Shown here piece by piece: positions 21,632-31,467 of a DNA stretch of 64,000 nucleotides. This DNA comes from Vicinamibacteria bacterium (GTDB lineage Bacteria > Acidobacteriota > Vicinamibacteria > Marinacidobacterales > Marinacidobacteraceae). The notes beneath the pieces were generated by a model. That model was not told the origin of the DNA and searched no databases. It worked only from the letters and a program-made list of their open reading frames with translations. Within the stretch, counting starts at the first letter, position 1. Every line of letters begins with the position of its first letter. The position numbers were made by a program, and so were the translations under genes. Location of the stretch: contig OZ219816.1 of NCBI GenBank assembly GCA_964291235.2, positions 1,408,001 through 1,472,000 on the forward strand. The letters are read 5' to 3'.

Positions 21632-22246
21632 TCAGGTCGCCGCCTGGCGTTGGGCGCGGCGGACGCGGGGGGCGGGCGTTTCGTCGTCCGCTCCAATTTT
21701 GCCGGCCCGTTCGATCCGCAACGCTTCGAGGAGGCGGCGGGTCGGCGCGAGGATCATGCTCATCTGGTTTCCGACGATGCTCGATCGGGATTCGACGGTC
21801 GCGATCTCGGAAAGCTGCTGGGTGACCTCGTCGAGGATGCGATCGCCCAGTTCGCGTCGGCTCCGCTCCCGCGCCCGCTTGAACCAGATCGTCGCCTTGA
21901 CCTTGTGACCTTCATGGAGAAAACGCTCAATCTGCTTCATCTTCGTCGCGCGGTCGTGCTCTCCGATAATGATGCGGAACTTGACCTCCTTGACCTGGTT
22001 CTGTTTCTGGTGTTTCTTGGAGTCTTGGGATTTCTTGCTCTGCTGATACACGAACCGGCCGTAGTTCATGATCTTGCAGACCGGAGGGACCCGGTTCGGC
22101 ACGATCTCGACGAGATCGAGTCCCCGGTCGGCAGCCAGACGCCGGGCGTCCATCAGGGCGAGGTCGCCAAGTTTCTCACCGTCTTCACCGATGACCAAGA
22201 CGATGGGAGCTCGAATTCGGTCGTTTACCCTGAGAGAACTATCGAT
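21632..22246 (-). CDS. infC: Translation initiation factor IF-3 with non-canonical ATC start
   Basis: LDLVEI.P...[15 protein letters not shown] and GHKVK motifs. A GGAGGTG SD (22251-22257) precedes an in-frame ATC at 22246, giving [14 protein letters not shown]. Confidence 0.95.
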   Translation of the reverse strand: MDSSLRVNDRIRAPIVLVIGEDGEKLGDLALMDARRLAADRGLDLVEIVPNRVPPVCKIMNYGRFVYQQSKKSQDSKKHQKQNQVKEVKFRIIIGEHDRATKMKQIERFLHEGHKVKATIWFKRARERSRRELGDRILDEVTQQLSEIATVESRSSIVGNQMSMILAPTRRLLEALRIERAGKIGADDETPAPRVRRAQRQAAT

Positions 22247-22332
22247 GGATCACCTCCGCACCGCAGGCGGGTCGGCGGATTATCGCCACTTCGGGCCCGG
22301 TTCGCCAGCGACACCCCGGAAAATCGCGCCGC

Positions 22333-24238
22333 TCACGGACTGAGCGACCGATTCCGGGTGAGTTCTCCGAGGCGGTCGGCGAGTGCCGCACCGGTAAGGA
22401 TCTCCTGGCCGCGCTTGCCCCGCGTGCGGACCGCGAGGGTGCCGTCCTCCACCTCGCGATCGCCCAGCACCACCATGAACGGAACCCGGGCCACTTCCGC
22501 TTCCCGGATCTTGTAGCCCATCTTCTCGCGACGGTCGTCCACCGAGATGCGGAATCCCCGCCCCCGGAGTTCGGCGGCAACCTCCGCTGCTGCGGCCTGG
22601 TGCCGGTCGGCAATGGGAATCACGACCGCCTGGACCGGCGCGATCCAGACCGGGAGTGCTCCCGCGGTGTGCTCCAGCAGTAGCGCGAAAAACCGCTCTA
22701 CGGAACCAAGGATCGCCCGATGAATCACGACCGGGCGTTCCCGCCCCCCGTCTTCCGTCGCGTAGTGGAGATCGAAGGCCGGAGCCTGGGAGAAATCCAC
22801 CTGGATCGTCGCGCACTGGTGGCTGCGGCGGAGCGCGTCGCGGACGTGAAAATCGATCTTGGGGCCATAAAAGGCGCCGTCTCCCGGGTTGAGGGACCAT
22901 GCCTCGCCGGATTCGGAGAGCGCTTCCATAAGGGCGGCTTCCGCCTTCTCCCAGCTCTCATCGGTTCCCACCGATTTCTCGGGACGGGTCGACAGTTCGA
23001 TCTGGATGTCATCGAAGCCGAATTCGCCGTACACCTCCCGCACCAGGTCCACGAGTTCCAGGACCTCGGCCTTCACCTGATCCAGCCGGCAGTAGAGGTG
23101 CGCATCGTCCTGCGTGAAAGCCCGCACCCGGGTCAGGCCGGACAGAACCCCCGAGGGCTCAAACCGGTGGCAGTGACCGAACTCCGAGAGTCGTAGCGGC
23201 AAATCGCGATAGGAACGGATATCCGAGCGGTACACGAGCGCCGCGCCCGGACAGTTCATGGGTTTGACACCGAACCGGTTCTCGTCCGATTCGATGAAGA
23301 ACATGTTCTCCCGGTAGTGGTCGAGGTGGCCGCTCCGGGCCCAGACCGCTTCGTTCAGGATGAGCGGAGTCCGGATCTCCTGGTAGGCGCGACGCTCCAG
23401 CTTTTCCCGCATGGAGTCGAGCAACCGGTTCACAACCCCCATTCCGGCGGGTAGCCAGAATACCTGCCCGGGAGCTTCGGGGAGGATCAGGAAAAGGCGC
23501 TGATCGCGGCCGATGCGGCGATGGTCCCGGCGTTTCGCCTCCTCGAGCCGGGCGAGATGTGCCGCCATTTCCTTTCGATCGGTGAAGCTGGTGGCATAAA
23601 TCCGCTGCATTGGAGTCCCGTTCGCGTCTCCCTTCCAGTAGGCATTGGAACTCGACAACACCTTCACCGCGCGGATCACGCCCGTGTGGGGCACATGGGG
23701 CCCTTCACAGAAGTCGAAGAAATCTCCGACGCGGTAGCAGGACACTCGTGCGCCACCTTTTTCCCGCACCAACTCCACCTTGCAGACTTCACCCTGCTCT
23801 TCGAAGATGCGGATCGCCTCTTCCTTGTCGAGCATCTTCCGCTCGAATGGAAGCCGCTCCTTCACCAGTTCCCGCATTCGCGTTTCGATGCGGTCGAGGT
23901 CTTCCCGGGAAAAGGGCTCTTCGACGACAAAGTCATAGAAGAAGCCGTCCTCGATCGGCGGGCCGATTCCGTAGCGCGCTTCGGGAAACAGATCCTTCAC
24001 GGCCGCGGCCAGCAAATGCGCCGAACTGTGGCGAAACACATGGAGCCCGTCGGCATCCCCGGGCGTGAGAAACCGGACCTCGCCATCGGCCTCGGGACGA
24101 TGGGAGAGATCCACCTCCCGGCCATCCAGGAGGGCAGCGATCGCGCCGGCCGGGGCCACTCCGAAAAGCGGAGTCACCGGCCGGAAGTTGCACTTCGCCA
24201 CCTTCGGCGAGGCGGATTCGGATGGAAGAAGAAGGCAC
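22333..24238 (-). CDS. thrS: Threonine--tRNA ligase, with a probable frameshift near 24164-24167
   Basis: RHSSAHLLA, GPPIEDGFFYDF, CEGPH, KPMNCP, RVRAFTQDDAH, GAFYGPKID and IHRAILGSVERF motifs. The TGS N-terminus (PSSSIRIRLAEGGEVQLPAG, from GTG 24238) lies in the adjacent frame. Confidence 0.95.
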
Positions 24239-24387
24239 GCTGTCTTTTTATCCCGGTGCGGCCCGCCGCACAAGACCCGGCCAGCCGCCGCCCGGTAGCG
24301 ATTCCCCGAACTTCGGAGCACGCCCGCGACGAAGCCAAACCGCAATGCGCTCGGCAGGAGTCCCGGCGAAGGCCGGACAAGGAGGAA

Positions 24388-24462
24388 TGGTAGGCGCGGG
24401 CGGATTTGAACCGCCGACTTCTACCGTGTCAAGGTAGCGCTCTCCCCCTGAGCTACGCGCCT
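24388..24462 (-). tRNA. tRNA-Val (anticodon GAC)
   Basis: Reverse complement AGGCGCGTAGCTCAGGGGGAGAGCGCTACCTTGACACGGTAGAAGTCGGCGGTTCAAATCCGCCCGCGCCTACCA folds into a cloverleaf with encoded CCA. Confidence 0.96.
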
Positions 24463-24621
24463 GCCCGGGAGGGCGGCATTGTATCGCGGCTCCGGCGCCC
24501 TCCCGAGGGACGCGGCCCGCGCCAAAACACCCCGCTTCGCATCGACTTTTCCACATCGGGCCGCCGGATGGGACGGATACCGGGAAGTTTGCGTCTAGGA
24601 ACGGGAGAGGTCCTCCCGAGC

Positions 24622-26988
24622 TTGATCGAGCACGCACCCCGGACGACGAATCCCGGAGAGACCGGACCGGACCGCCGGGTCCAAGAAGGACTCCGCGATG
24701 GCGAGGGCGCAAAGCCCTCAAACACAACGACGTCGCTTCGCCGAGAGCCCCGAGCCGTCCGCAATCCGATTCCCGGCCTGCTGGCGCTGCTCCGTCGTCA
24801 GGGTCGCATCCCGGCATCGGCAGCGAGACTCGCCGCCGTCGTTGCGCGGCTCCCTCCGGCCCGGCACGAGGAGGCTCTGGTCGCGGAAGGTCTCTGCTCG
24901 GAAGAAGAAATCGCGCAGGCTGCCGCGCAGGATTCCGGTCTCTCCTTCCGCGTCATCAATCCGCTGGAGCTCAGCCCCGAGGTGGTGACCGGTGCGCTCC
25001 CGGCGCCGTTCGCGCGCCGGCACACGATCTGCGCCCTCGCCAGGGAAGAAAACACCTTGACGGTGGCCGTCGCCAACCCGTTCGACCGCGGCGCCATCAC
25101 GGACCTCGAACGGTACCTCGGAGTCCGCGTGAAGGTGGTCGTGGCCACCCGATCCGACATCGAAGGAATCAACGGGAGCCTTTACAACCTGCGCGCGTCG
25201 CTGCGCGCCGCGGAAACCGAGCTGACCGACGACAACGGTGGAGATCCCAACCTACTGTCGGCAAACCAGGAGTTCGTCTCCGGGTCCGAGGCCGCGGGGG
25301 ATCTGGAGCCAACCACCCGGCCGGTGGTGGCAGCGCTGGACAGCATTCTCCACCAGGCTTTCGAACAGCGCGTTTCCGATATCCACCTCGAACCCAAACG
25401 GGATTGCGCCGTCGTGCGTTTCCGGGTGGATGGTGTCCTCCGGACGATGCACACCTTTCCCCGCATCGTGTTCCAGGCCGTCGTCAGCCGTCTCAAGATG
25501 CTGAGTGGGCTCGACATCGCGGAAAAACGGCGGCCCCAGGACGGCCGCATCAAACGCGTCGAATCCGACAAGGAGATCGAGCTGCGTGTTTCGACCCTGC
25601 CGACCGTCTTCGGGGAAAAGGCGGTGCTCCGCGTGTTCGACCCGGCGACCCTGGTTTCGACTCTCGAACAACTGCGATTGGCCGAAGACGAGGAAAGACG
25701 GCTTCGGGAAATGCTCAACCGCCGGGAAGGCCTCGTCCTCGTTACCGGCCCCACCGGAAGCGGCAAGACGACCACTCTGTATTCGGTGCTTCGTCACGTC
25801 GCGACCCCCGAAGTGAACGTGGTCACGATCGAAGATCCGGTAGAGCTGGTATTTCCGCCACTCAGTCAGGTGCAGGTGAACCCCCGCATCCGTTTTTCGT
25901 TCGCCGCGGCCATCCGCAGCGTGCTCCGGCAGGATCCGGACATCCTCATGGTGGGGGAAATCCGGGATGCAGAGACTGCCGAGATGGCGGCCCAGGCTGC
26001 GCTCACGGGACATCTGGTGTTGTCCACCCTGCACACCAACGATGCCCCCGGCGCGGTCACCCGGCTCGCCGACCTCGGCGTGCCGCCTTTCCTGATCGGC
26101 GCCACCCTGGTCGGCGTGGTGGCGCAGCGGCTGGTCCGCACCATCTGTGGCGCCTGCGCCCGCTGGAACGTGGTCTCCGCGCGGGAGGCCAGAACCCTGG
26201 CCGCGCCCTCGATCCAGGGACGTCGGATCCGCCAGCGCGCGGGCTGTGCGCGGTGTCGCGACACCGGATACCTGGGCCGTCGCGCGGTGTTCGAAATCCT
26301 GCCCATCGACGCCGAGGCCACCGGAGAAATTCTGGGTGGCGGCAACGCGAACGACCTGGCCCGCTCCGCCCGCCGGCGGGGCGTGCGCAGTCTTCGCCAG
26401 GCCGCGCTCCGGCTCCTGCTCGACGGGGAGACGACGATCGCCGAGGTGATCCGGGTGACCGGCGCCGGCCACGATCCGGGAAGCGGCCCCGAAACCACCC
26501 CTGAGCCGCCGGCTCCGGCGCCGGAAATCGGCCTCGCGGACCCTCCGTCAGAGGCCGAGCGCCCGGCTGATCAGCAAAAACAGCGCCGGGACCGCGTAGA
26601 ACACCACGATCACGTAGCCGATGGCCGCCGCTCGATTCCGCACGGCGATTTCCGCCAATCGGCGCGCGAGTGCGAGCGGGATCTGGCGGATCCGGGGAAC
26701 CGGATAGATCAGCATGATGCCCACGAGGTTGAACAGAAGGTGCACCACCGCCAGTTGGAAACCCCAATGGGCGTTGGCTCCGGACACCGCGAGCGCGGCG
26801 AGGAAGGCCGTGACGGTCGTTCCACGTTCGCGCCCAAGGTGACGGGAAACGCGTCGTCGAGCAGCAGGAGCCCTGCCCCGGCGAGGGGAACCAGCATCGA
26901 GGTGGTTACCGAACTGGACTGGACCAGAATCGTGACGATCGCTCCCACACCCATCGCCGCGAGGACATGGCTGCCGAGGACCCGATGA
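24622..26988 (+). CDS. GspE/PilB-family secretion/pilus ATPase; conserved part ends near 26460 and both termini are uncertain
   Basis: SDIHLEP, RFRVDG, DIAEKRRPQDGR, GPTGSGKTTTLY, TIEDPVE, LRQDPDILMVGEIRD, TGHLVLSTLHTN and CxxC..CxxC. The ORF tail runs antisense into the Na/Pi gene and is probably artefactual. Confidence 0.9.
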   Translation: MIEHAPRTTNPGETGPDRRVQEGLRDGEGAKPSNTTTSLRREPRAVRNPIPGLLALLRRQGRIPASAARLAAVVARLPPARHEEALVAEGLCSEEEIAQAAAQDSGLSFRVINPLELSPEVVTGALPAPFARRHTICALAREENTLTVAVANPFDRGAITDLERYLGVRVKVVVATRSDIEGINGSLYNLRASLRAAETELTDDNGGDPNLLSANQEFVSGSEAAGDLEPTTRPVVAALDSILHQAFEQRVSDIHLEPKRDCAVVRFRVDGVLRTMHTFPRIVFQAVVSRLKMLSGLDIAEKRRPQDGRIKRVESDKEIELRVSTLPTVFGEKAVLRVFDPATLVSTLEQLRLAEDEERRLREMLNRREGLVLVTGPTGSGKTTTLYSVLRHVATPEVNVVTIEDPVELVFPPLSQVQVNPRIRFSFAAAIRSVLRQDPDILMVGEIRDAETAEMAAQAALTGHLVLSTLHTNDAPGAVTRLADLGVPPFLIGATLVGVVAQRLVRTICGACARWNVVSAREARTLAAPSIQGRRIRQRAGCARCRDTGYLGRRAVFEILPIDAEATGEILGGGNANDLARSARRRGVRSLRQAALRLLLDGETTIAEVIRVTGAGHDPGSGPETTPEPPAPAPEIGLADPPSEAERPADQQKQRRDRVEHHDHVADGRRSIPHGDFRQSARECERDLADPGNRIDQHDAHEVEQKVHHRQLETPMGVGSGHRERGEEGRDGRSTFAPKVTGNASSSSRSPAPARGTSIEVVTELDWTRIVTIAPTPIAARTWLPRTR

Positions 26989-27710
26989 ATGGCGGCCTCG
27001 CCGCGGCCCGCCGAAAGGCTCTTCAGGGTGCGGACCAGGAGCCCGAGGGCCACCACCAGCAGTACTACCGAGAGGATGGCGAGGACCGCTGCCGCCGCCT
27101 GGTCGGAAGGAGTCACGAGACCCGCGAACCACGTGATCGGAATCGGAACCAGCTCAATCACGTCCTTGAGCGGACTCTCGTAGTCGATGCCGGACCCGAG
27201 CACCCCCCGGAAGAGGCCGGACACCAGGCCGGAGAGGCGGGCCAGAAAGCCGGTCGCCATTTCGAGCGGCAGGAGGATGCCCACCGCGATCAGGTTGAAC
27301 AAATCGTGACAGGTGGCCACCTCGAAGGCGCGCCGCAGTTCCTGACCGTGCCTCAGGTGCCCGAGAGCGGCGATCGAGTTGGTGACCGTCGTACCGACGT
27401 TGGCGCCCATGACCATCGGGATGGCGCTCTCGAACGGCAGGGGAGAATCGGGCGCTGCCACCAGACCGACGATGAGCGCACTCGTGACGGAGGAACTCTG
27501 CACCAGCGTGGTGCCGAGGATTCCGATGAGCAGGCCTACGAAGGGATTCGCCGAAGCCCGGAAAAAGCTGTCGAGAAGCCCGGAACCGAGACCCTTGAAC
27601 CCCTCGCCGAGGCCGTCAATCGCCCCCAGGAAGAGGAGGAAGAGAAGAATCAGCCCGACGATCCGGGAGACCTGACCGGATAGCCTGGCGCCGGTTTCGG
27701 TGTCCGACAT
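26548..27710 (-). CDS. Na/Pi cotransporter (NptA/PiT-II, SLC34-like), with a frameshift near 26822
   Basis: Two QSSS repeats (LVQSSSVTS, LVQSSSVTTS) and MGANVGTTVT. The second LGANV-GTTVTA motif is split across frames by a missing G. Confidence 0.9.
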
Positions 27711-27867
27711 CCCTGCCCCGGCCCGGTCCTAGCGCGGGTCCGAGCCCGGAGTTCCCCCCCGGCGGGGAGCATCGGCTTTGCGCATCAAACTCAAGGACTG
27801 AACGGATATTCCGGAGCCGCGGCAACCAGCTGCAGCGGACCGTGGCGGCGGAAGCCTAACGGAACTT

Positions 27868-27907
27868 GTTGAATATGCGGTGAACGATCGACTACCCGAT
27901 GGTTACT
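27868..27907 (-). promoter_or_regulatory. Putative PHO box (11-bp-spaced direct repeats) upstream of the Na/Pi cotransporter
   Basis: On the minus strand AGTAACC, GGTAGTC, GTTCACC and ATTCAAC recur with an exact 11-nt period. Confidence 0.4.
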
Positions 27908-27964
27908 CACGCACGGCAAGCCCGCGGCCGTCCGAAGGGCAGCGCGCCGCCTCTCGTGGTCCGC

Positions 27965-29524
27965 TTATTCGGGCGCCTCGACGACAACGAACGTCCGCTG
28001 CCATTCCCCGGGACTCACCGCCCGCGCGATCCAGATGGGGAAGGTATCTCCGGCCTGGATCCCGGAGAGGGCATCGCGCAGATCGCCGACATTCCGGATC
28101 GGCTGGCCGGCCACATCGGTAATGACGTGCCCGGCTTCGATTCCGGCCTCGGCCGCGATTCCGCCCGGGGTCACGCGCCGCACCACGACGCCCCCAAAGT
28201 CAGCGCGCAACCGATCGGCCAGCTCGCCTTCGAGCGTTTCCCCCACGATCCCCAGGCGCCCCGCATTCTCCGGCGGTGGCGGAGGGGGCAGTGGGCCGGC
28301 GGCGGCGAGCGGCGCGGCTTCCTCGAAGTCGCGCTGACCCAGAATCACCTGCACCGATTGCCGGACGCCCTTTCTCAGGATCTCGACCGTCGAGCGTTCG
28401 TCTGGCCGGGCGTCGGCCACCGCAAACTGCAGATCCGTGCTGTTCTCGATAGGCCGGCCATTGAACCGCACGATGACATCGCCGTACTTGAGGCCCGCAA
28501 TCGCCGCCGGGGAATCCTCGCCGGAATAATCGACGATGATCGCGCCCCGAACGCTCTCGTCCAGATCGAACGCCTTCGCGGTCGCGGCATCCAGGGGCCT
28601 CACCGCCACCCCAAGCCACCCGCGGGTCACCTCACCCTCAGAGGCCAGTTCGTCATACACCCGCTCCACCAGGTTCGACGGAATGGCGAAACCGAGGCCG
28701 ATATTTCCCGGGGTCCCGGCTATCTGAATCATGGTGTTCACCCCCACCAGGCTGCCGTCGAGGCTCACCAGGGGCCCGCCGGAGTTCCCCGGATTGATGG
28801 CGGCGTCGGTCTGGATGAAGTTCTGGTAGTCGCCGCCCAGCACGCGGCCCTTGGCGCTCACGATTCCCGCCGTCACCGAGTGGCTGTTTCCCAGCGGGTT
28901 CCCGATGGCGACCACCCACTCCCCGACCCGCACTTCCTCGGAGTCTCCGAGGGCGAGATAGGGAAACACCTCGCCTTCGGCCTGGAGCGCGAGCACCGCG
29001 AGGTCCGTCGGCGAGTCCTGACCCACGATGACGGCCTCGAGGACTCGGTCGTCGGCGAGCGTGGCCCGGATCCGGGAGGCGCCGTCCACGACGTGATTGT
29101 TGGTAATCAACAGACCACTCGGATCCACGATGGCTCCCGAACCCCTCCCCTGGCGCGGCCCGCGCGGTTGCGGTACGGGCGGAGTTGGGAAGAACTGCTC
29201 GAGTCTCTCCGCATCCGGCGGCGATTCGTGTTCCACGAGCAGACTCACCACTGCCGGCGTCGCGACTCTGGCCACTTCGGCGAAGGCATCGGAGAGCGTC
29301 CCCGCCGCCGCCGTTCGGGAGGCGTCCGGCACCACGTCGGGCGCCGGAATGTCGGCGAGCCGCTGGTGCCCCGGCCGCTGCCGCGCCCCCTCCTGATCCG
29401 CAGCCTCATCGTGTCCGGAGGTAGCAGCCGCCGCCAGGGTGGCGAACTCGGCGCCCTCCGGCAGGCACCCGGGAGCGGCAACCAGCACTCCTAGGGCGAG
29501 TGCGACCGGCGCGAATCGAAACAT
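27965..29524 (-). CDS. HtrA/DegP(Q)-family serine endoprotease with two PDZ domains
   Basis: GSGAIV, TNNHVV, DLAV and QTDAAINPGNSGGPL motifs; N-terminal signal with a possible lipobox (VAAPGC). Confidence 0.95.
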   Translation of the reverse strand: MFRFAPVALALGVLVAAPGCLPEGAEFATLAAAATSGHDEAADQEGARQRPGHQRLADIPAPDVVPDASRTAAAGTLSDAFAEVARVATPAVVSLLVEHESPPDAERLEQFFPTPPVPQPRGPRQGRGSGAIVDPSGLLITNNHVVDGASRIRATLADDRVLEAVIVGQDSPTDLAVLALQAEGEVFPYLALGDSEEVRVGEWVVAIGNPLGNSHSVTAGIVSAKGRVLGGDYQNFIQTDAAINPGNSGGPLVSLDGSLVGVNTMIQIAGTPGNIGLGFAIPSNLVERVYDELASEGEVTRGWLGVAVRPLDAATAKAFDLDESVRGAIIVDYSGEDSPAAIAGLKYGDVIVRFNGRPIENSTDLQFAVADARPDERSTVEILRKGVRQSVQVILGQRDFEEAAPLAAAGPLPPPPPPENAGRLGIVGETLEGELADRLRADFGGVVVRRVTPGGIAAEAGIEAGHVITDVAGQPIRNVGDLRDALSGIQAGDTFPIWIARAVSPGEWQRTFVVVEAPE

Positions 29525-29640
29525 GGACTGGAGCCTCCGTCTTTGGAAACGTTGGGAAACGAATATAACGCGGCCGGGCGGATCGAGTTCCTCACCGCCC
29601 CGGAACCACAAACCAGTGGCGCCACCCGCCGCTCCCCGGT

Positions 29641-29655
29641 TGGCACACTCATTGC
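29641..29655 (+). promoter_or_regulatory. Sigma-54 (-24/-12) promoter of OMP paralogue 1
   Basis: TGGCAC-ACTCA-TTGC matches the TGGCAC-N5-TTGC consensus, 44 nt before ATG 29700. Confidence 0.75.
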
Positions 29656-29699
29656 GAAATCCGATTCGACGCCACCGGCGCCCACGAAAGGAGTTCGCA

Positions 29700-30461
29700 A
29701 TGACCCGCACCCGACACTTGCTGACAACCCTCCTCGCAACGGCGTGCTTCGCGACCGCCGCAGCGGCAGAAGACGACCGGCAGCCTCCGCGCGGGAGCCC
29801 CTATCCTGACGCCCGTTCGAAAAGCGCCCAGGAAACGCGTTACGCGTTTTCCGCCTACGGCGGTTTCCGCATCTTTGACATCACGAGCGAACTCTTCGCC
29901 GCCAACGAGTTCGACTTCGGAATCACCGAAGACGATTTTCGGACCGGCGGCTACGGTTTCGAGTTCGATGTCGCCGTCCTGCCGCAGGTGGACATTTCCC
30001 TCGGGTTCAACGCCGCCAGCTCCAGGACCTACGGGTCCTACCTCGACCTCGTTTACGAGGATGGCGGCGAGATCGAACACCGGGCGGATTTGACCATGAC
30101 CGAGTTGAGTCTCGGCGTACGACTGCGGCTGATCGGTGGCGCGGCGCGGGTGCGGCCCTACCTGTTGGCCGGCGTCAGCGGCGCCTACTACCGGTACCGC
30201 GAAATCGGCGACTTCGTGGACTTCGAAACCGCGGACATCTACTACGACGAGTTCGCGGAGACATCCTTCCTTCCTGGTTTTTTCGCCGGCGCCGGCATCG
30301 ACTACGCGCTCGTGCAACTTCCCGACCGCGGCCGTGTCGAGTTGTTCGGCGAGTTTCGCTACGCCCGCTCCCAAGGAGAACACACCGAAGGGTTCGCGGG
30401 TTTCGGCGACCTCCAGCTGGACGGTTCGGGCGGCCTGTTCGGGTTCCGGGTCCGCTGGTGA
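29700..30461 (+). CDS. Outer-membrane beta-barrel protein (OmpA/OmpW-like 8-strand type), paralogue 1
   Basis: Signal peptide ending AAAA-E, alternating aromatic/Gly strands, RPYLLAG, and C-terminal beta-signal FGFRVRW. SD GAAAGGAG. Confidence 0.8.
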   Translation: MTRTRHLLTTLLATACFATAAAAEDDRQPPRGSPYPDARSKSAQETRYAFSAYGGFRIFDITSELFAANEFDFGITEDDFRTGGYGFEFDVAVLPQVDISLGFNAASSRTYGSYLDLVYEDGGEIEHRADLTMTELSLGVRLRLIGGAARVRPYLLAGVSGAYYRYREIGDFVDFETADIYYDEFAETSFLPGFFAGAGIDYALVQLPDRGRVELFGEFRYARSQGEHTEGFAGFGDLQLDGSGGLFGFRVRW

Positions 30462-30497
30462 ATGGCCTCCCCCTGAGATCCGTCCCTCCGCTGCCAC

Positions 30498-30512
30498 TGG
30501 CACAGGCATTGC
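30498..30512 (+). promoter_or_regulatory. Sigma-54 (-24/-12) promoter of OMP paralogue 2
   Basis: TGGCAC-AGGCA-TTGC, 58 nt before ATG 30571. Confidence 0.75.
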
Positions 30513-30570
30513 GCAACTCGTCGCGAACCCTGTCGCCGGCCCCTCCGGCATTTCCCGAAAGGACCCCACG

Positions 30571-31329
30571 ATGATCCGGACCGGCCCAATCCTCGTCACC
30601 CTGCTCCTCGCGGCAGGTTTCGCTCCGACAACGGTGGCCGAAGAGCGGGCGCAGCCCCCCCGGGGCGCCCGGGACCGGGATCGTCCCCAATCGAGTCGCG
30701 CCCGGCCGCGCTACGGCTTCTCGGCCTATGGCGGATTCCGCACCCTGCAGATCGAGAGTCAGCTCTTCGACAGCAACGAGGTGGACTTCGGCATCACCGA
30801 CAAGGACTTCGCATCCGGCCGTTTCGGGTTCGAACTGGACTACGCGCTGCTGCCCATGGTCGAGATTCTCGTCGGCTTCGACACCGGTAGTGGGGAAACC
30901 GACGGAAACTATCTGGACCTGGTGTACGAGGATGGCTCCGAGATCGAGCACTCGGCGTCGCTGGACATGACCGAGTACCTGCTCGGCGTTCGCATCCGGC
31001 CACGACCGGAACAGCGCCTGAGTCCCTACGTGGTGGCCGGTCTTTCCCTCGCTGGCTACCGCTATTCGGAGACCGGGGAATTTGTGGACTTCGAGACCTC
31101 GGACATCTTCTATGACGAGTTCGAGGAACGCCTCTCCCTGCCCGGGTTTTTTGTCGGCGCCGGTCTCGATTTCGCGATCGCCCAACTGCCCTTCGGACGC
31201 CGGATCGACCTCTTTGGCGAATTTCGGTATGCGCGGGGTGGAGGAGAGCACGAGGACGGCTTCGCCGGTTTCGGCGATCTCACCGCAGGACGCACCGGCG
31301 GGCTCTTTGGAGTCCGGATGCGCTTCTGA
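30571..31329 (+). CDS. Outer-membrane beta-barrel protein, paralogue 2
   Basis: Signal peptide; blocks shared with paralogue 1 (FSAYGGFR, NE.DFGIT..DF, YLDLVYEDG.EIEH, FVDFET.DI.YDEF, LFGEFRYAR, GFAGFGDL); ends FGVRMRF. Confidence 0.8.
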   Translation: MIRTGPILVTLLLAAGFAPTTVAEERAQPPRGARDRDRPQSSRARPRYGFSAYGGFRTLQIESQLFDSNEVDFGITDKDFASGRFGFELDYALLPMVEILVGFDTGSGETDGNYLDLVYEDGSEIEHSASLDMTEYLLGVRIRPRPEQRLSPYVVAGLSLAGYRYSETGEFVDFETSDIFYDEFEERLSLPGFFVGAGLDFAIAQLPFGRRIDLFGEFRYARGGGEHEDGFAGFGDLTAGRTGGLFGVRMRF

Positions 31330-31467
31330 CAGCCCGTAGTGGAAGCACCCCGCGCGAGCCCCAGGAGATCGCCTGCAGCGGCTCCGTGGTCTGCGTGCGT
31401 GCGGGGCGCCTTGCCCCCGGGTTGATGCTGCGATCGATAGCGCGGCGCCCTGGCCGGCCCGCGCCGG

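Noticed and set aside
24239-24387. T-box or thrS operator leader
   Set aside because: I found no T-box consensus (AAGGTGGTACC-like), no terminator and no convincing anticodon-mimic stems.
26505-26988. Long C-terminal extension of the PilB/GspE ORF overlapping the Na/Pi gene antisense
   Set aside because: The extension is the antisense shadow of the transporter's hydrophobic C-terminus. Family members end just after EVIRVT, and a stop at 26502-26504 lies one frame away.
26548-27710. Na/Pi cotransporter as a true pseudogene
   Set aside because: There is only one missing G in a GG(G) run and both halves are otherwise intact, matching the window-wide indel pattern.
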